A stretch of DNA of 64,000 nt from NCBI GenBank assembly GCA_028707125.1, contig JAQTUX010000001.1, positions 394,375 to 458,374 on the forward strand, given 5' to 3'. Origin of the DNA: Candidatus Omnitrophota bacterium (GTDB lineage: Bacteria; Omnitrophota; Gorgyraeia; Gygaellales; JAQTUX01). Position numbers and translations under genes: made by a program. A model generated the notes under the pieces. It did not search any database, was not told the origin of the DNA, and worked only from the letters and a program-made list of their open reading frames with translations. Below, piece by piece: positions 37,826 through 47,378 of this stretch. Numbering within the stretch: position 1 is the first letter of the stretch; each line of letters starts with the position of its first letter.

Positions 37826-37884
37826 ATGAACATAGGCGTTCATAGCCGGCTGGACACAGCCGGGGATGAACGCTTTTTTGTTTG
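37826..37884 (+). terminator. Compound intrinsic terminator with an upstream alternative-pairing element
   Basis: ATGAAC(37826-31)-N6-GTTCAT(37838-43) perfect inverted repeat; GCGTTCAT(37836-43) also pairs with ATGAACGC(37866-73) enclosing GCCGGCTG/CAGCCGG inner stem, followed by TTTTTTGTTTG. Confidence 0.5.
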
Positions 37885-37900
37885 AGAAAGGAGAAATAAA

Positions 37901-39412
37901 ATGCCCAAGAAGAAGAATATCAGGGAAGTAGCTGAAGTGAAGACGCGCAACCCGCTTGTCAACGGCTCTTTTGATGAGAAGGCGGCCAGAGAGGTGTTGA
38001 AGCTGGTAAAGGACAAAAACATTCAGATAATTGACCTTAAGTTTAACGACCTGCCGGGCTTATGGCAGCATTTTTCCATACCTGCTTCAGAATTATTGGA
38101 AATGAGCGATATTACCCGTTCGATCTGGGTGGACGGGATAGGTTTTGACGGTTCTTCCATCCGCGGCTTCCAGAAGATCCAGGAGTCGGATATGATACTT
38201 ATACCTGACCCGGCTACGGCTATAGTGGACCCGGTTTGCGAAGTGCCGACCTTAAGCGTCATCTGCGATATCTATGACCCTTTGACCCGCAAGCCATATA
38301 CGCGCGACCCGCGCTATATAGCCAAAAAGGCCGAGAAGTATATAAGGGATACGGGGATCGCCGACGCGGTTTATTTCGGCCCCGAAGCGGAGTTTTTTAT
38401 CTTTAACGATGTGCGTTTTGACCAGACAGAGAATTCGGGGTATTATTTTATCGATTCCAACGAAGGCGACTGGAATACCGGAAGGGCGGAGAACCCGAAC
38501 CTGGGCTATAAGATACGCTTTAAAGAGGGCTATTTCCCTGTCCCGCCGCATGATTCCCTGCAGGACCTGAGAAGCAGGATCATCTTGAAGATGAAGGAGG
38601 CCGGGATCAACGCGGAGGTGCACCACCACGAGGTCGCGACCGCCGGCCAGTGCGAGATAGACATGAAGTTTGACAAGCTCACCAAGATGGGCGACAGCCT
38701 CCTGCTTTACAAATACATCATCAAAAACATGGTCAAAAAAGAGGGCATGGTGGCGACCTTTATGCCCAAGCCGTTATTCGCGGATAACGGTTCAGGCATG
38801 CACTGCCATCAGAGTTTATGGAAGAACGGCGTTAACCTTTTTTATGACAAAAATGGTTACGCGCTTTTGTCCCAGACGGCCAAATATTACATCGGCGGAC
38901 TGTTAAAGCACGCCAACAGTTTAATGGCCTTCTGCGCGCCCACGACAAATTCCTATAAACGGCTTGTCCCCGGATATGAGGCGCCGGTGAACCTGGTTTA
39001 TTCGGCGCGCAACCGCTCGGCCGCGGTGAGGATACCGATGTATTCAGACAACCCCAGGTCCAAGAGGATAGAGTTCCGGCCGCCCGACCCCTCCTGCAAC
39101 GGCTACCTCGCGTTTTCAGCGATGCTCATGGCCGGCCTGGACGGCATACAGCATAAGATAGACCCGGGCCAGCCGATGGATGTTGACCTTTTTGAATTAG
39201 GCGAAGAAGAGATGAGCAGGATCGCCACAGTCCCTTCATCGCTTCGCCGCGCGATAGATGCCCTGGAGGCGGACCACGAATATCTCTTAAAAGGCGGGGT
39301 CTTCACCAAAGACGTAATCGATGTCTGGCTTGAATTCAAGCGCAAAAGAGAGATAGACCCGGTAAGGATGCGGCCGCATCCGTATGAGTTTTATCTGTAC
39401 TTTGATATTTAA
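37901..39412 (+). CDS. glnA: Glutamine synthetase type I
   Basis: 'GIGFDGSSIRGF', 'NGSGMHCHQSLW', 'RIEFRPPDPSCNGYLAFSAMLMAGLDGI'. Confidence 0.9.
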   Translation: MPKKKNIREVAEVKTRNPLVNGSFDEKAAREVLKLVKDKNIQIIDLKFNDLPGLWQHFSIPASELLEMSDITRSIWVDGIGFDGSSIRGFQKIQESDMILIPDPATAIVDPVCEVPTLSVICDIYDPLTRKPYTRDPRYIAKKAEKYIRDTGIADAVYFGPEAEFFIFNDVRFDQTENSGYYFIDSNEGDWNTGRAENPNLGYKIRFKEGYFPVPPHDSLQDLRSRIILKMKEAGINAEVHHHEVATAGQCEIDMKFDKLTKMGDSLLLYKYIIKNMVKKEGMVATFMPKPLFADNGSGMHCHQSLWKNGVNLFYDKNGYALLSQTAKYYIGGLLKHANSLMAFCAPTTNSYKRLVPGYEAPVNLVYSARNRSAAVRIPMYSDNPRSKRIEFRPPDPSCNGYLAFSAMLMAGLDGIQHKIDPGQPMDVDLFELGEEEMSRIATVPSSLRRAIDALEADHEYLLKGGVFTKDVIDVWLEFKRKREIDPVRMRPHPYEFYLYFDI

Positions 39413-39414
39413 GT

Positions 39415-39451
39415 AAACAGCGGGTAGAGAGCGCCTGCCCGCTGTTTTTTA
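39415..39451 (+). terminator. Rho-independent terminator after glnA
   Basis: AAACAGCGGG ...loop... CCCGCTGTTT followed by TTTTTT. Confidence 0.6.
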
Positions 39452-39481
39452 AGCCGGGCGTGATTAAATTTTAGGCAGAAT

Positions 39482-39715
39482 ATGGATGGTTTAGACAAGA
39501 AGATCATTGAACTGGACGGCTCTCTCTATAAAGAGAAACAAGGCATTGTATACAAATATGTTCTAGAGGCGATTGAGAAGCCGTTGATCGAACACGCTCT
39601 GGAACGCACGTATGGCAATCAGCTAAAGGCAGCCAAGATCCTGGGGATCAATCGTAATACTATGCGTACCAAGATCAGGAAATTAGGGATCGACCCGAAT
39701 AAATGGAAGATATAG
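39482..39715 (+). CDS. Standalone Fis-type helix-turn-helix DNA-binding protein (NtrC C-terminal-domain-like, 77 aa)
   Basis: 'NQLKAAKILGINRNTMRTKIRKLGI' matches Fis/NtrC-type HTH; no AAA+ domain upstream. Confidence 0.5.
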   Translation: MDGLDKKIIELDGSLYKEKQGIVYKYVLEAIEKPLIEHALERTYGNQLKAAKILGINRNTMRTKIRKLGIDPNKWKI

Positions 39716-39717
39716 CC

Positions 39718-42700
39718 ATGAGATATGATTATTTGCCTCAAAAACAAGGCCTTTATGACCCGGCCTTTGAGCATGATTCCTGCGGGGTGGGCTTTGTCTG
39801 CGATGTCAAAGGCAGGCGCTCCAGGGCCATTGTTAAGCAGGCGCTTGAGGTGCTCAGGCGCCTGTCCCACAGAGGGGCGGTTGGCTCAGACCCTAAAACC
39901 GGGGACGGCGCGGGCATACTTATTCAGACACCCCATGAATTTCTTAAGAAGGCCTGTGATAACGCCGGGATCGATCTTCCCCGATACGGAGATTACGCGG
40001 CGGGCCTGGTATTTTTACCTGCCGACAGTAAAGAGAGGGATCTCTGCAAGGATACATTTTCAAAGATCGCCGGGGAAGAGGGGCAGTCTATTTTGGGCTG
40101 GCGCGGGGTTCCGGTTGACGATTCCGATATAGGCAAAGGCGCGCGGCAGGCCCAGCCGATAATTGAACAGGTTTTTATAGAGAGAAATAAAAACATAAAA
40201 GAGCAGTTGGCTTTCGAAAGGAACCTCTATGTTATAAGAAAAAGAATAGAGAATGCCGTGAGAGGATCAGGTCTGAAGCAGAAAAGCTTCTTCTATGTTA
40301 CCAATCTCTCCAGCAGGACCCTGTCTTATAAAGGGCTCCTTATGCCCCAGCAGCTGGACAGTTTTTTCCCCGACTTAAAGGATGATTCTTTAAGCAGCGG
40401 TATTGCCGTGGTCCATTCCCGTTACAGCACGAATACATTCCCTACCTGGGACCTGGCGCAGCCGTTCCGTTTCCTGGCGCACAACGGAGAGATAAACACC
40501 TTAAGGGGTAATTTCAATTGGATGAAGGCGCGGGAAGGCCTGCTTAAAAGCGGTTTATTCGGCAAGGATATAGAGAAAATCAAGCCCGTCCTTATTTCTG
40601 GACAGAGCGATTCCGCCACTATTGACAATGCCTTTGAATTGCTTGTGCTGGCAGGCAGGCCCCTCGCGCAGGCGATGATGATGCTCATACCGGCTGCCTG
40701 GGAGAACAACCCTTTGCTTGATGATAAACTAAAGGACTTTTATAAGTATCACGCCTGTATTATGGAGCCCTGGGACGGCCCCGCGGCGATCGCCTTTAGC
40801 GACGGGTTAAGGGTGGGCGCGGTGCTGGACAGGAACGGACTCAGGCCTGCCAGATACATCATCACCAGGCATGACAGCGTAGTGATGGCATCAGAGGCAG
40901 GGGTCCTGGATATCAAGCCGCAAGACATCCTGGTTTCAGGGCGGCTGGAGCCGGGCAAGATGTTATACATAGATACCCTGGAGGGCCGCATAGTCAGTGA
41001 CGATGAGCTGAAACGATCCATCGCCGTAAAAAGGCCTTTTGGCGCGTGGCTTAAAGATAACATAGTTGAGCTCAGGCAGGAGCCGCGAGCGAAGCGGGAT
41101 AAGCGGGAAAAAGAAGGCACGCTTACCTTGATGAAGGCATTCGCGTATACCCGGGAAGACCTGAAGGTTATTATCAAGCCAATGGCGGAAAAGGGGGATG
41201 AGCCGACCGGCTCCATGGGTAACGACACGCCTTTGGCAGTGTTGTCAAAAAGGCCGCAGCCGCTTTACAACTATTTCAAGCAGCTTTTCGCGCAGGTCAC
41301 TAATCCGGCGATAGACCCTATACGGGAGAAATGCGTAATGAGTTTAGAGGGCCTTATCGGGCCTCAGGGGAATCTATTGGATGAGACGCCCGCGCATTGC
41401 CGTAAGCTCAAAGTAGATGAACCGATACTGACCAACGAGGAACTGGAAAAGATAAGGCATATAAAAAATAACGGCTTTAAGACAAAGACAATATCGCTGC
41501 TATTTAAGACGGATAAGAAGGGGGATTTCTTGAAGACGCTGGACAGGGTCTGTAAGGACGCCTCCTCCGCCATAAAGGAAGGATATTCGTTTATTATCTT
41601 AAGCGACAGGGGGGTAAGTAAAGACAGGGCCGCCCTGCCCGCCTTACTGGCTATGGGGGCGGTGCATCATTATCTGGTGCGCGAAGAGATGCGCGCGCAG
41701 ATAGGCATTATCGTGGAGAGCGGTTCTGCCAGGGAGGTGCATCATTTTGCCCTGCTGTTCGGCTACGGAGCCGACTGCGTTAATCCCTATCTTGCCTACG
41801 ATGCCGTTAAATATATTATAGCGGAAGGCGAATTGGATTCAGATCATGTATCAGCCATAGGTAATTACAGAAAGGCGGCGCATAAGGGGATACTTAAGAT
41901 CCTTTCCAAAATGGGCATATCCACTTTGCAGAGTTACAGGGGCGCCCAGATATTTGAGGTCCTCGGGTTGAACGACGAGGTAGTGGACAGGTGTTTTTGC
42001 GGCACCGCCTCCCGTATCGGCGGCGCGGGTTTTGACGTTATCGAGAAAGAGGCCCTGATGGCGCATGAGGACGCCTTTTCAAATAAGCCCATAGAGGCGC
42101 CTTTTTTGTCCAGCGGAGGGCTCTACCAATGGAAGAGAGACGGGGAGTTTCACCTCTGGAATCCCGACAGCATCGCCGCCTTACAGGACGCGTCCCGCAA
42201 AGGCGACTACGGTAAATACAAGGAATTCGCGCGGCTTATTAATGACCAGTCCGCTGATCCCGCTACTCTGAGAGGCCTGCTCAAATTCAAGAAGCAGAAG
42301 CCCGTTCCTGTTGATGAGGTTGAGCCGCTTGAGTCAATAGTCAAACGCTTTGCTACCGGCGCCATGAGCTTTGGCTCTATATCAAGGGCCGCCCACGAGA
42401 CGCTGGCAATAGCGATGAACGGGCTGGGCGCTAAATCAAATACCGGCGAAGGCGGGGAAGACCCCGCCAGATTCTTGCCGCTGCCAAACGGCGGCTCCAG
42501 AAGGAGCGCGATAAAACAGGTCGCCTCAGGCCGCTTCGGCGTCACTACGAATTACCTTGTAAACGCGGATGAGCTTCAGATAAAGATAGCGCAGGGGGCA
42601 AAACCCGGAGAAGGAGGGCAGCTGCCCGGGCATAAGGTCAGCGTGTCCATCGCGAAGACAAGATACACCACTCCGGGAGTGACATTGATCTCGCCGCCGC

Positions 42701-44247
42701 CGCACCACGATATCTATTCTATTGAAGACCTGGCGCAGTTGATATTTGATCTGAAAAACGCGAATCCCCGGGCCAGGATAAGCGTCAAACTTGTGTCCGA
42801 GGCGGGGGTGGGCACTGTTGCCGCGGGCGTTGCCAAGGGCCATGCCGATATGATCTTGATCTCAGGCGGCGACGGAGGCACGGGGGCCTCCCCCATAAGT
42901 TCCATCAGGCACGCGGGCCTTCCCTGGGAGCTGGGATTGTCGGAGGCGCATCAGACCCTCATTTTGAACGGCCTGCGCTCAAGGGTGCGGCTTCAGGCCG
43001 ACGGCCAGATGCGCACGGGAAAGGACGCGGCAGTCGCGGCATTATTAGGAGCGGAGGAATTCGGATTCTGCACTTCGGCATTGATCGTGCTGGGCTGCGT
43101 AATGCTGCGGCATTGCCACCTTAACAATTGTTCGGTGGGGGTGGCTACCCAGGATGAGGTGTTGGAGAAAAGATTCAGCGGCAGGCCGGAATATATAGTC
43201 AACTACTTCCGTTTTGTCGCGCAGGAATTAAGAGAGATCATGGCGCAGTTGGGGCTCAGGCGCGTCGACGATATGATAGGCAGGAGCGATCTATTGCAGG
43301 TGGACGCGGGCATTATCCCCTGGAAGGCAAAGCAGATAGATTACGCGAAAATTCTTTACAGGCCGAATGTCTCTGAAAGCGCAGGCATGTATTGCGAGGT
43401 TAAGCAAGACCATAAAATAGATAAGGTGTTAGACAGGGAGTTGATCAAGCTGGCAGGGCCCGCGTTAGAGCATCGCCAGCCGGTTAAGCAAGAGCTGGCG
43501 ATCAGCAATGTCAACCGCGCGACAGGGGCTATGCTGAGCGGAGAGGTCTGCAGGGCCTTCGGAGAACAAGGCCTGCCCGGGGATACCATCCATTTTAAAT
43601 TCAGAGGGGTCGCCGGCCAGAGCTTCGGCGCCTGGCTCGCGGAGGGCCTGACCTTTGAGCTGGAAGGCATGGCCAACGATTATGTGGGGAAGGGTATATC
43701 CGGAGGCAGGATAATCATTTATCCTGATAGAAACAGCAATTACGATCCGCGCGATAGTATCGTTATGGGCAATACGACCTTCTATGGAGCGATAAAAGGC
43801 GAGGCGTATATCAAAGGGGCCGCGGGCGAAAGGTTTTGCATAAGAAACTCCGGCCTTTACGCCGTGGTTGAAGGAGTGGGCGACCATGGCTGCGAATATA
43901 TGACAGGGGGCAGGGTTGTGATCTTAGGCGGGACAGGCAGGAACTTTGCCGCGGGAATGAGCGGCGGCATCGCCTACGTCTATGACGAAGAGGGCGCGTT
44001 CAGAAACAAGTGCAATATGAATATGGTAGAATTGGAAAGGACAGGCGATGGGGATAAGGAAACGCTCTACAACCTGATCCACAATCATTACAAATATACG
44101 CAGAGCAGGGCCGCCAGGGCGATACTTGATGATTTTGAGGCAAGCTTAGGCAGGTTCGTTAAAGTCATGCCTATTGAGTACAAGCGGATATTGGAAGGCG
44201 CGAAGGTCGAAGAGAAGCTGGGCTTAGCGGAGGCATCGGATGGGTGA
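39718..44247 (+). CDS. gltB: Glutamate synthase large subunit
   Basis: 'EHDSCGVGFVCDVKG' N-terminal amidotransferase Cys; FMN/Fe-S central domain 'GGTGASP'; GXGXG C-terminal domain. ORF track start 39703 overlaps upstream gene; ATG 39718 is more likely. Confidence 0.9.
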   Translation: MRYDYLPQKQGLYDPAFEHDSCGVGFVCDVKGRRSRAIVKQALEVLRRLSHRGAVGSDPKTGDGAGILIQTPHEFLKKACDNAGIDLPRYGDYAAGLVFLPADSKERDLCKDTFSKIAGEEGQSILGWRGVPVDDSDIGKGARQAQPIIEQVFIERNKNIKEQLAFERNLYVIRKRIENAVRGSGLKQKSFFYVTNLSSRTLSYKGLLMPQQLDSFFPDLKDDSLSSGIAVVHSRYSTNTFPTWDLAQPFRFLAHNGEINTLRGNFNWMKAREGLLKSGLFGKDIEKIKPVLISGQSDSATIDNAFELLVLAGRPLAQAMMMLIPAAWENNPLLDDKLKDFYKYHACIMEPWDGPAAIAFSDGLRVGAVLDRNGLRPARYIITRHDSVVMASEAGVLDIKPQDILVSGRLEPGKMLYIDTLEGRIVSDDELKRSIAVKRPFGAWLKDNIVELRQEPRAKRDKREKEGTLTLMKAFAYTREDLKVIIKPMAEKGDEPTGSMGNDTPLAVLSKRPQPLYNYFKQLFAQVTNPAIDPIREKCVMSLEGLIGPQGNLLDETPAHCRKLKVDEPILTNEELEKIRHIKNNGFKTKTISLLFKTDKKGDFLKTLDRVCKDASSAIKEGYSFIILSDRGVSKDRAALPALLAMGAVHHYLVREEMRAQIGIIVESGSAREVHHFALLFGYGADCVNPYLAYDAVKYIIAEGELDSDHVSAIGNYRKAAHKGILKILSKMGISTLQSYRGAQIFEVLGLNDEVVDRCFCGTASRIGGAGFDVIEKEALMAHEDAFSNKPIEAPFLSSGGLYQWKRDGEFHLWNPDSIAALQDASRKGDYGKYKEFARLINDQSADPATLRGLLKFKKQKPVPVDEVEPLESIVKRFATGAMSFGSISRAAHETLAIAMNGLGAKSNTGEGGEDPARFLPLPNGGSRRSAIKQVASGRFGVTTNYLVNADELQIKIAQGAKPGEGGQLPGHKVSVSIAKTRYTTPGVTLISPPPHHDIYSIEDLAQLIFDLKNANPRARISVKLVSEAGVGTVAAGVAKGHADMILISGGDGGTGASPISSIRHAGLPWELGLSEAHQTLILNGLRSRVRLQADGQMRTGKDAAVAALLGAEEFGFCTSALIVLGCVMLRHCHLNNCSVGVATQDEVLEKRFSGRPEYIVNYFRFVAQELREIMAQLGLRRVDDMIGRSDLLQVDAGIIPWKAKQIDYAKILYRPNVSESAGMYCEVKQDHKIDKVLDRELIKLAGPALEHRQPVKQELAISNVNRATGAMLSGEVCRAFGEQGLPGDTIHFKFRGVAGQSFGAWLAEGLTFELEGMANDYVGKGISGGRIIIYPDRNSNYDPRDSIVMGNTTFYGAIKGEAYIKGAAGERFCIRNSGLYAVVEGVGDHGCEYMTGGRVVILGGTGRNFAAGMSGGIAYVYDEEGAFRNKCNMNMVELERTGDGDKETLYNLIHNHYKYTQSRAARAILDDFEASLGRFVKVMPIEYKRILEGAKVEEKLGLAEASDG

Positions 44248-45667
44248 TCCCAAAGGTTTTCTGAAATTAAAGCGGGAGGCAGGGCAATACAGGCCGGTCT
44301 GTGAGCGCGCGGCTGATTTTAAAGACGTCACCCTGCTTCGTCCCGACGACAGATCGCAGCAGCAGGCCTCGCGCTGTATGGACTGCGGCACGCCTTTCTG
44401 CCACTGGGGCTGCCCCGTAGGCAACTACATCCCGGAATGGAACGACCACATGTTCCACGGCCGCTGGGATAAGGCGTTTCAACTCCTTGACGCGACAAAC
44501 GGCCTTCCCGAGATCACCGGACGGCTCTGCCCTGCCCCATGCGAGTATGCCTGTGTCTTAGGCATTAACGACGAGGCCGTGACCATAAGGGAGAATGAGC
44601 TGGCGATCATTGAATACGCCTTTAATAACGGTTTGATCAAGCCCAGGCCGCCGAAAAAACGCAGCGGCAGCGTGGCTGCCGTAGTCGGCTCAGGCCCTGC
44701 CGGCTTAAGCTGCGCCGCAGAACTTAACAGACGCGGGCATAAGGTGACGGTATTTGAGAAGGACGATAAGATCGGCGGCATTATGCGCTACGGCATCCCC
44801 GACTTCAAGCTGGAAAAGTGGGTGCTTGACCGCCGCGTCGCTTTATTAAAAAGAGAAGGCATAGAATTTGTAACCGGCGTGGATGTCGGCGTGGATTATC
44901 CCGTAAAGAAATTAAGACAGGGCTTTGACGCGGTCTGCCTCTGCGGCGGCTCACGCGTCCCGCGCGATCTGAAGATAGAAGGCAGGGCCCTGAAAGGCAT
45001 TCATTTTGCCATGGATTACCTTATCCAGTCAAACAGGCGTAATGCCGGGGAAATTATCAGTAAAGAATTGCTTATAGACGCCAGGGATAAAAAGGTCGTG
45101 ATCATCGGCGGCGGCGATACCGGCAGCGACTGCGTAGGCACCGCCCACAGGCAGGGGGCGAAATGCGTTGTCCAGATAGAGCTTTTGTCTCAGCCGCCCG
45201 AATGCAGGGGCGCTGACTTCCCCTGGCCGCGCTATCCGATGATCCTCAAGACATCCTCCAGCCATGAAGAAGGCGGAGAGCGCCGGTGGTCCGTATTGAC
45301 GAAAAGATTCATCGGAGAACAGGGCAGGGTTAAAAAGATACAGTGCCTGCGCGTTGAATTCGCGAAGGGCCCTGAAGCGGCCTGTCCTGTTATGAAGGAG
45401 GTCCCAGGTTCAGAGTTTGAGATAGAAGCAGACCTTGTGATGCTTGCCGTCGGCTTTGCGCATCCTCAACACGCGGGATTGCTCGCGGATCTAAAGATAG
45501 ATGCCGATCCCAGAGGCAACGTTAAGGCAGGCGGAGATTTCATGACCAATATAAATGGCGTCTTTACTGCCGGCGATATGCGCAGGGGCCAGTCCCTTAT
45601 CGTCTGGGCGATCGCCGAAGGCAGGGCCTGCGCTTATAGCATTGATAGATTCTTGCGTAACGTGTAA
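44240..45667 (+). CDS. gltD: Glutamate synthase small (NADPH) subunit
   Basis: Cys clusters '[17 protein letters not shown]'; FAD/NAD Rossmann '[15 protein letters not shown]', '[12 protein letters not shown]'. Overlaps gltB stop. Confidence 0.85.
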   Translation: MGDPKGFLKLKREAGQYRPVCERAADFKDVTLLRPDDRSQQQASRCMDCGTPFCHWGCPVGNYIPEWNDHMFHGRWDKAFQLLDATNGLPEITGRLCPAPCEYACVLGINDEAVTIRENELAIIEYAFNNGLIKPRPPKKRSGSVAAVVGSGPAGLSCAAELNRRGHKVTVFEKDDKIGGIMRYGIPDFKLEKWVLDRRVALLKREGIEFVTGVDVGVDYPVKKLRQGFDAVCLCGGSRVPRDLKIEGRALKGIHFAMDYLIQSNRRNAGEIISKELLIDARDKKVVIIGGGDTGSDCVGTAHRQGAKCVVQIELLSQPPECRGADFPWPRYPMILKTSSSHEEGGERRWSVLTKRFIGEQGRVKKIQCLRVEFAKGPEAACPVMKEVPGSEFEIEADLVMLAVGFAHPQHAGLLADLKIDADPRGNVKAGGDFMTNINGVFTAGDMRRGQSLIVWAIAEGRACAYSIDRFLRNV

Positions 45668-45685
45668 TGTGGATCCATATTATTC

Positions 45686-45714
45686 TTGACTGTTCGGCAA
45701 AAATATCGGATAAT
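45686..45714 (+). promoter_or_regulatory. Sigma70-like promoter for pyrG (TTGACT-17-GATAAT)
   Basis: TTGACT 45686-45691, 17-nt spacer, GATAAT 45709-45714. Confidence 0.45.
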
Positions 45715-45732
45715 AATACCCGTAAGGACAAA

Positions 45733-45771
45733 GGCGTCTTTCTATAAAAGGAAAGGCGCCATTTTCATTTT
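45733..45771 (+). promoter_or_regulatory. pyrG leader hairpin with U-rich tail (terminator/attenuator-like)
   Basis: GGCGUCUUUC (45733-42) / GAAAGGCGCC (45751-60), 10-bp stem with one G-U pair, 8-nt loop, followed by AUUUUCAUUUU, ending 5 nt before ATG 45777. Confidence 0.4.
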
Positions 45772-45776
45772 AGAAT

Positions 45777-47378
45777 ATGCCTAAATATATATTCATTACC
45801 GGAGGGGTGGTCTCAAGCCTGGGCAAGGGTATTGCCTCCGCCTCAATAGGCAAACTCCTTGAGTCGCGCGGCTTAAAGGTCACCCTGATCAAATGCGACC
45901 CCTATATCAACGTTGACCCGGGGACGATGAACCCCTATCAGCACGGAGAGGTATATGTCACCGCTGACGGGGCAGAGACCGACCTTGACCTGGGCCACTA
46001 CGAAAGATTTACCAACGCGGCCCTGGGCAAAGATAACAATATAACTACGGGCAAGATCTATTACTCCGTTATATCCAGGGAACGCAGGGGCGATTACCTG
46101 GGCAAGACCGTGCAGATAATCCCCCATATTACCGACGAGATAAAGAACAGCATCAAGAAGGTCGCCGTAGAACAGCGGGTTGACGCCGTTATAGTGGAGA
46201 TAGGCGGCACGGTCGGCGATATAGAAGGCCTGCCGTTCCTGGAGGCGATAAGGCAGATGAGGCTTGAGACGGGCAGCGGCTACGCGATCAATGTCCATGT
46301 CACGCTGGTGCCGTTCATAAAGTCCGCCGGAGAGATCAAGACCAAGCCCACGCAGCACAGCGTCCAGACATTAAGGGAGATAGGCATCATACCCGACATA
46401 ATGCTATGCAGGACAGAGAGGCAGCTTAGCAAAGAGACCAGGGAAAAGATAGCCCTGTTCTGCAGCGTGGATAAGGAAGCGGTCATTTCCGCCATAGACG
46501 CCAAAAGCATATACGAGGTCCCTGTTTTGCTGCAAAGGGAAGGGTTGGACGCGCTGATCGTCCGGCTGCTTAATTTAAAATGCCAGGACGGGGACTTGAG
46601 CGATTGGGAAAACAATGTCCTGAAAAAAATAAAATGCCCCGCGAAGGAAGTAGAAATAGCGGTGGTAGGCAAATATATAACCCTGCAGGACGCCTATAAG
46701 TCCATATATGAATCGTTGACCCACGGCGGCATAGCCAACGCGGCCAAGCTGGCCATAAGAAGGGTTGATTCGGAAGACATAGAAAAAGACGGGCCTGCCA
46801 GATACCTTGACGGCGTCAGGGGCATCCTTGTGCCGGGAGGGTTTGGCTTCCGCGGGATAGAGGGAAAAATAAGGGCGGCTCAATTCGCCAGAGAAAATCA
46901 GATACCGTTCTTCGGCATATGTTTAGGCATGCAGACGGCGGTAATAGAATTTGCCAGGAATGTATGCGGGTTAAAGAACGCGAATTCCACGGAATTCAAC
47001 CCCAATACAAAATATCCTGTTATAGGCCTGATGGAAGGGCAGAAGAAAATAGACGCCAAGGGCGCTACCATGCGCCTTGGTTCATACGAGTGCGCTTTGG
47101 CAAAGGGCGGGCTCAGCCGTTCTGCTTACGGTAAAGACCTCGTCTCTGAAAGGCACAGGCACCGCTACGAGTTTAACAACGATTACCGAGGGATACTTGA
47201 GAAGAAGGGGATGTTTTTTTCCGGGATCTACCGAAAGGGGAACCTGGTCGAGATAATTGAGCTTAAAGGCCACCCCTGGTTTGTCGCCTGCCAGTTCCAC
47301 CCCGAGTTCAGGTCAAAGCCCGATAAATGCCATCCGCTATTCAGGGAGTTTATCAGAGCAGCGATAAGTACCTCTTGA
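45777..47378 (+). CDS. pyrG: CTP synthase
   Basis: '[26 protein letters not shown]', GATase 'GICLGMQ', 'HRHRYEFNN'. Confidence 0.9.
   Translation: MPKYIFITGGVVSSLGKGIASASIGKLLESRGLKVTLIKCDPYINVDPGTMNPYQHGEVYVTADGAETDLDLGHYERFTNAALGKDNNITTGKIYYSVISRERRGDYLGKTVQIIPHITDEIKNSIKKVAVEQRVDAVIVEIGGTVGDIEGLPFLEAIRQMRLETGSGYAINVHVTLVPFIKSAGEIKTKPTQHSVQTLREIGIIPDIMLCRTERQLSKETREKIALFCSVDKEAVISAIDAKSIYEVPVLLQREGLDALIVRLLNLKCQDGDLSDWENNVLKKIKCPAKEVEIAVVGKYITLQDAYKSIYESLTHGGIANAAKLAIRRVDSEDIEKDGPARYLDGVRGILVPGGFGFRGIEGKIRAAQFARENQIPFFGICLGMQTAVIEFARNVCGLKNANSTEFNPNTKYPVIGLMEGQKKIDAKGATMRLGSYECALAKGGLSRSAYGKDLVSERHRHRYEFNNDYRGILEKKGMFFSGIYRKGNLVEIIELKGHPWFVACQFHPEFRSKPDKCHPLFREFIRAAISTS

Noticed and set aside
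37723-37835. Sigma54 (-24/-12) promoter upstream of glnA
   Set aside because: Searched for TGGCAC-N5-TTGC; only partial GGCAC without a correctly spaced GC element.
39725-40132. 135-aa plus-strand ORF in alternative frame
   Set aside because: Nested in gltB, out of frame with the conserved CGVGFV amidotransferase N-terminus.
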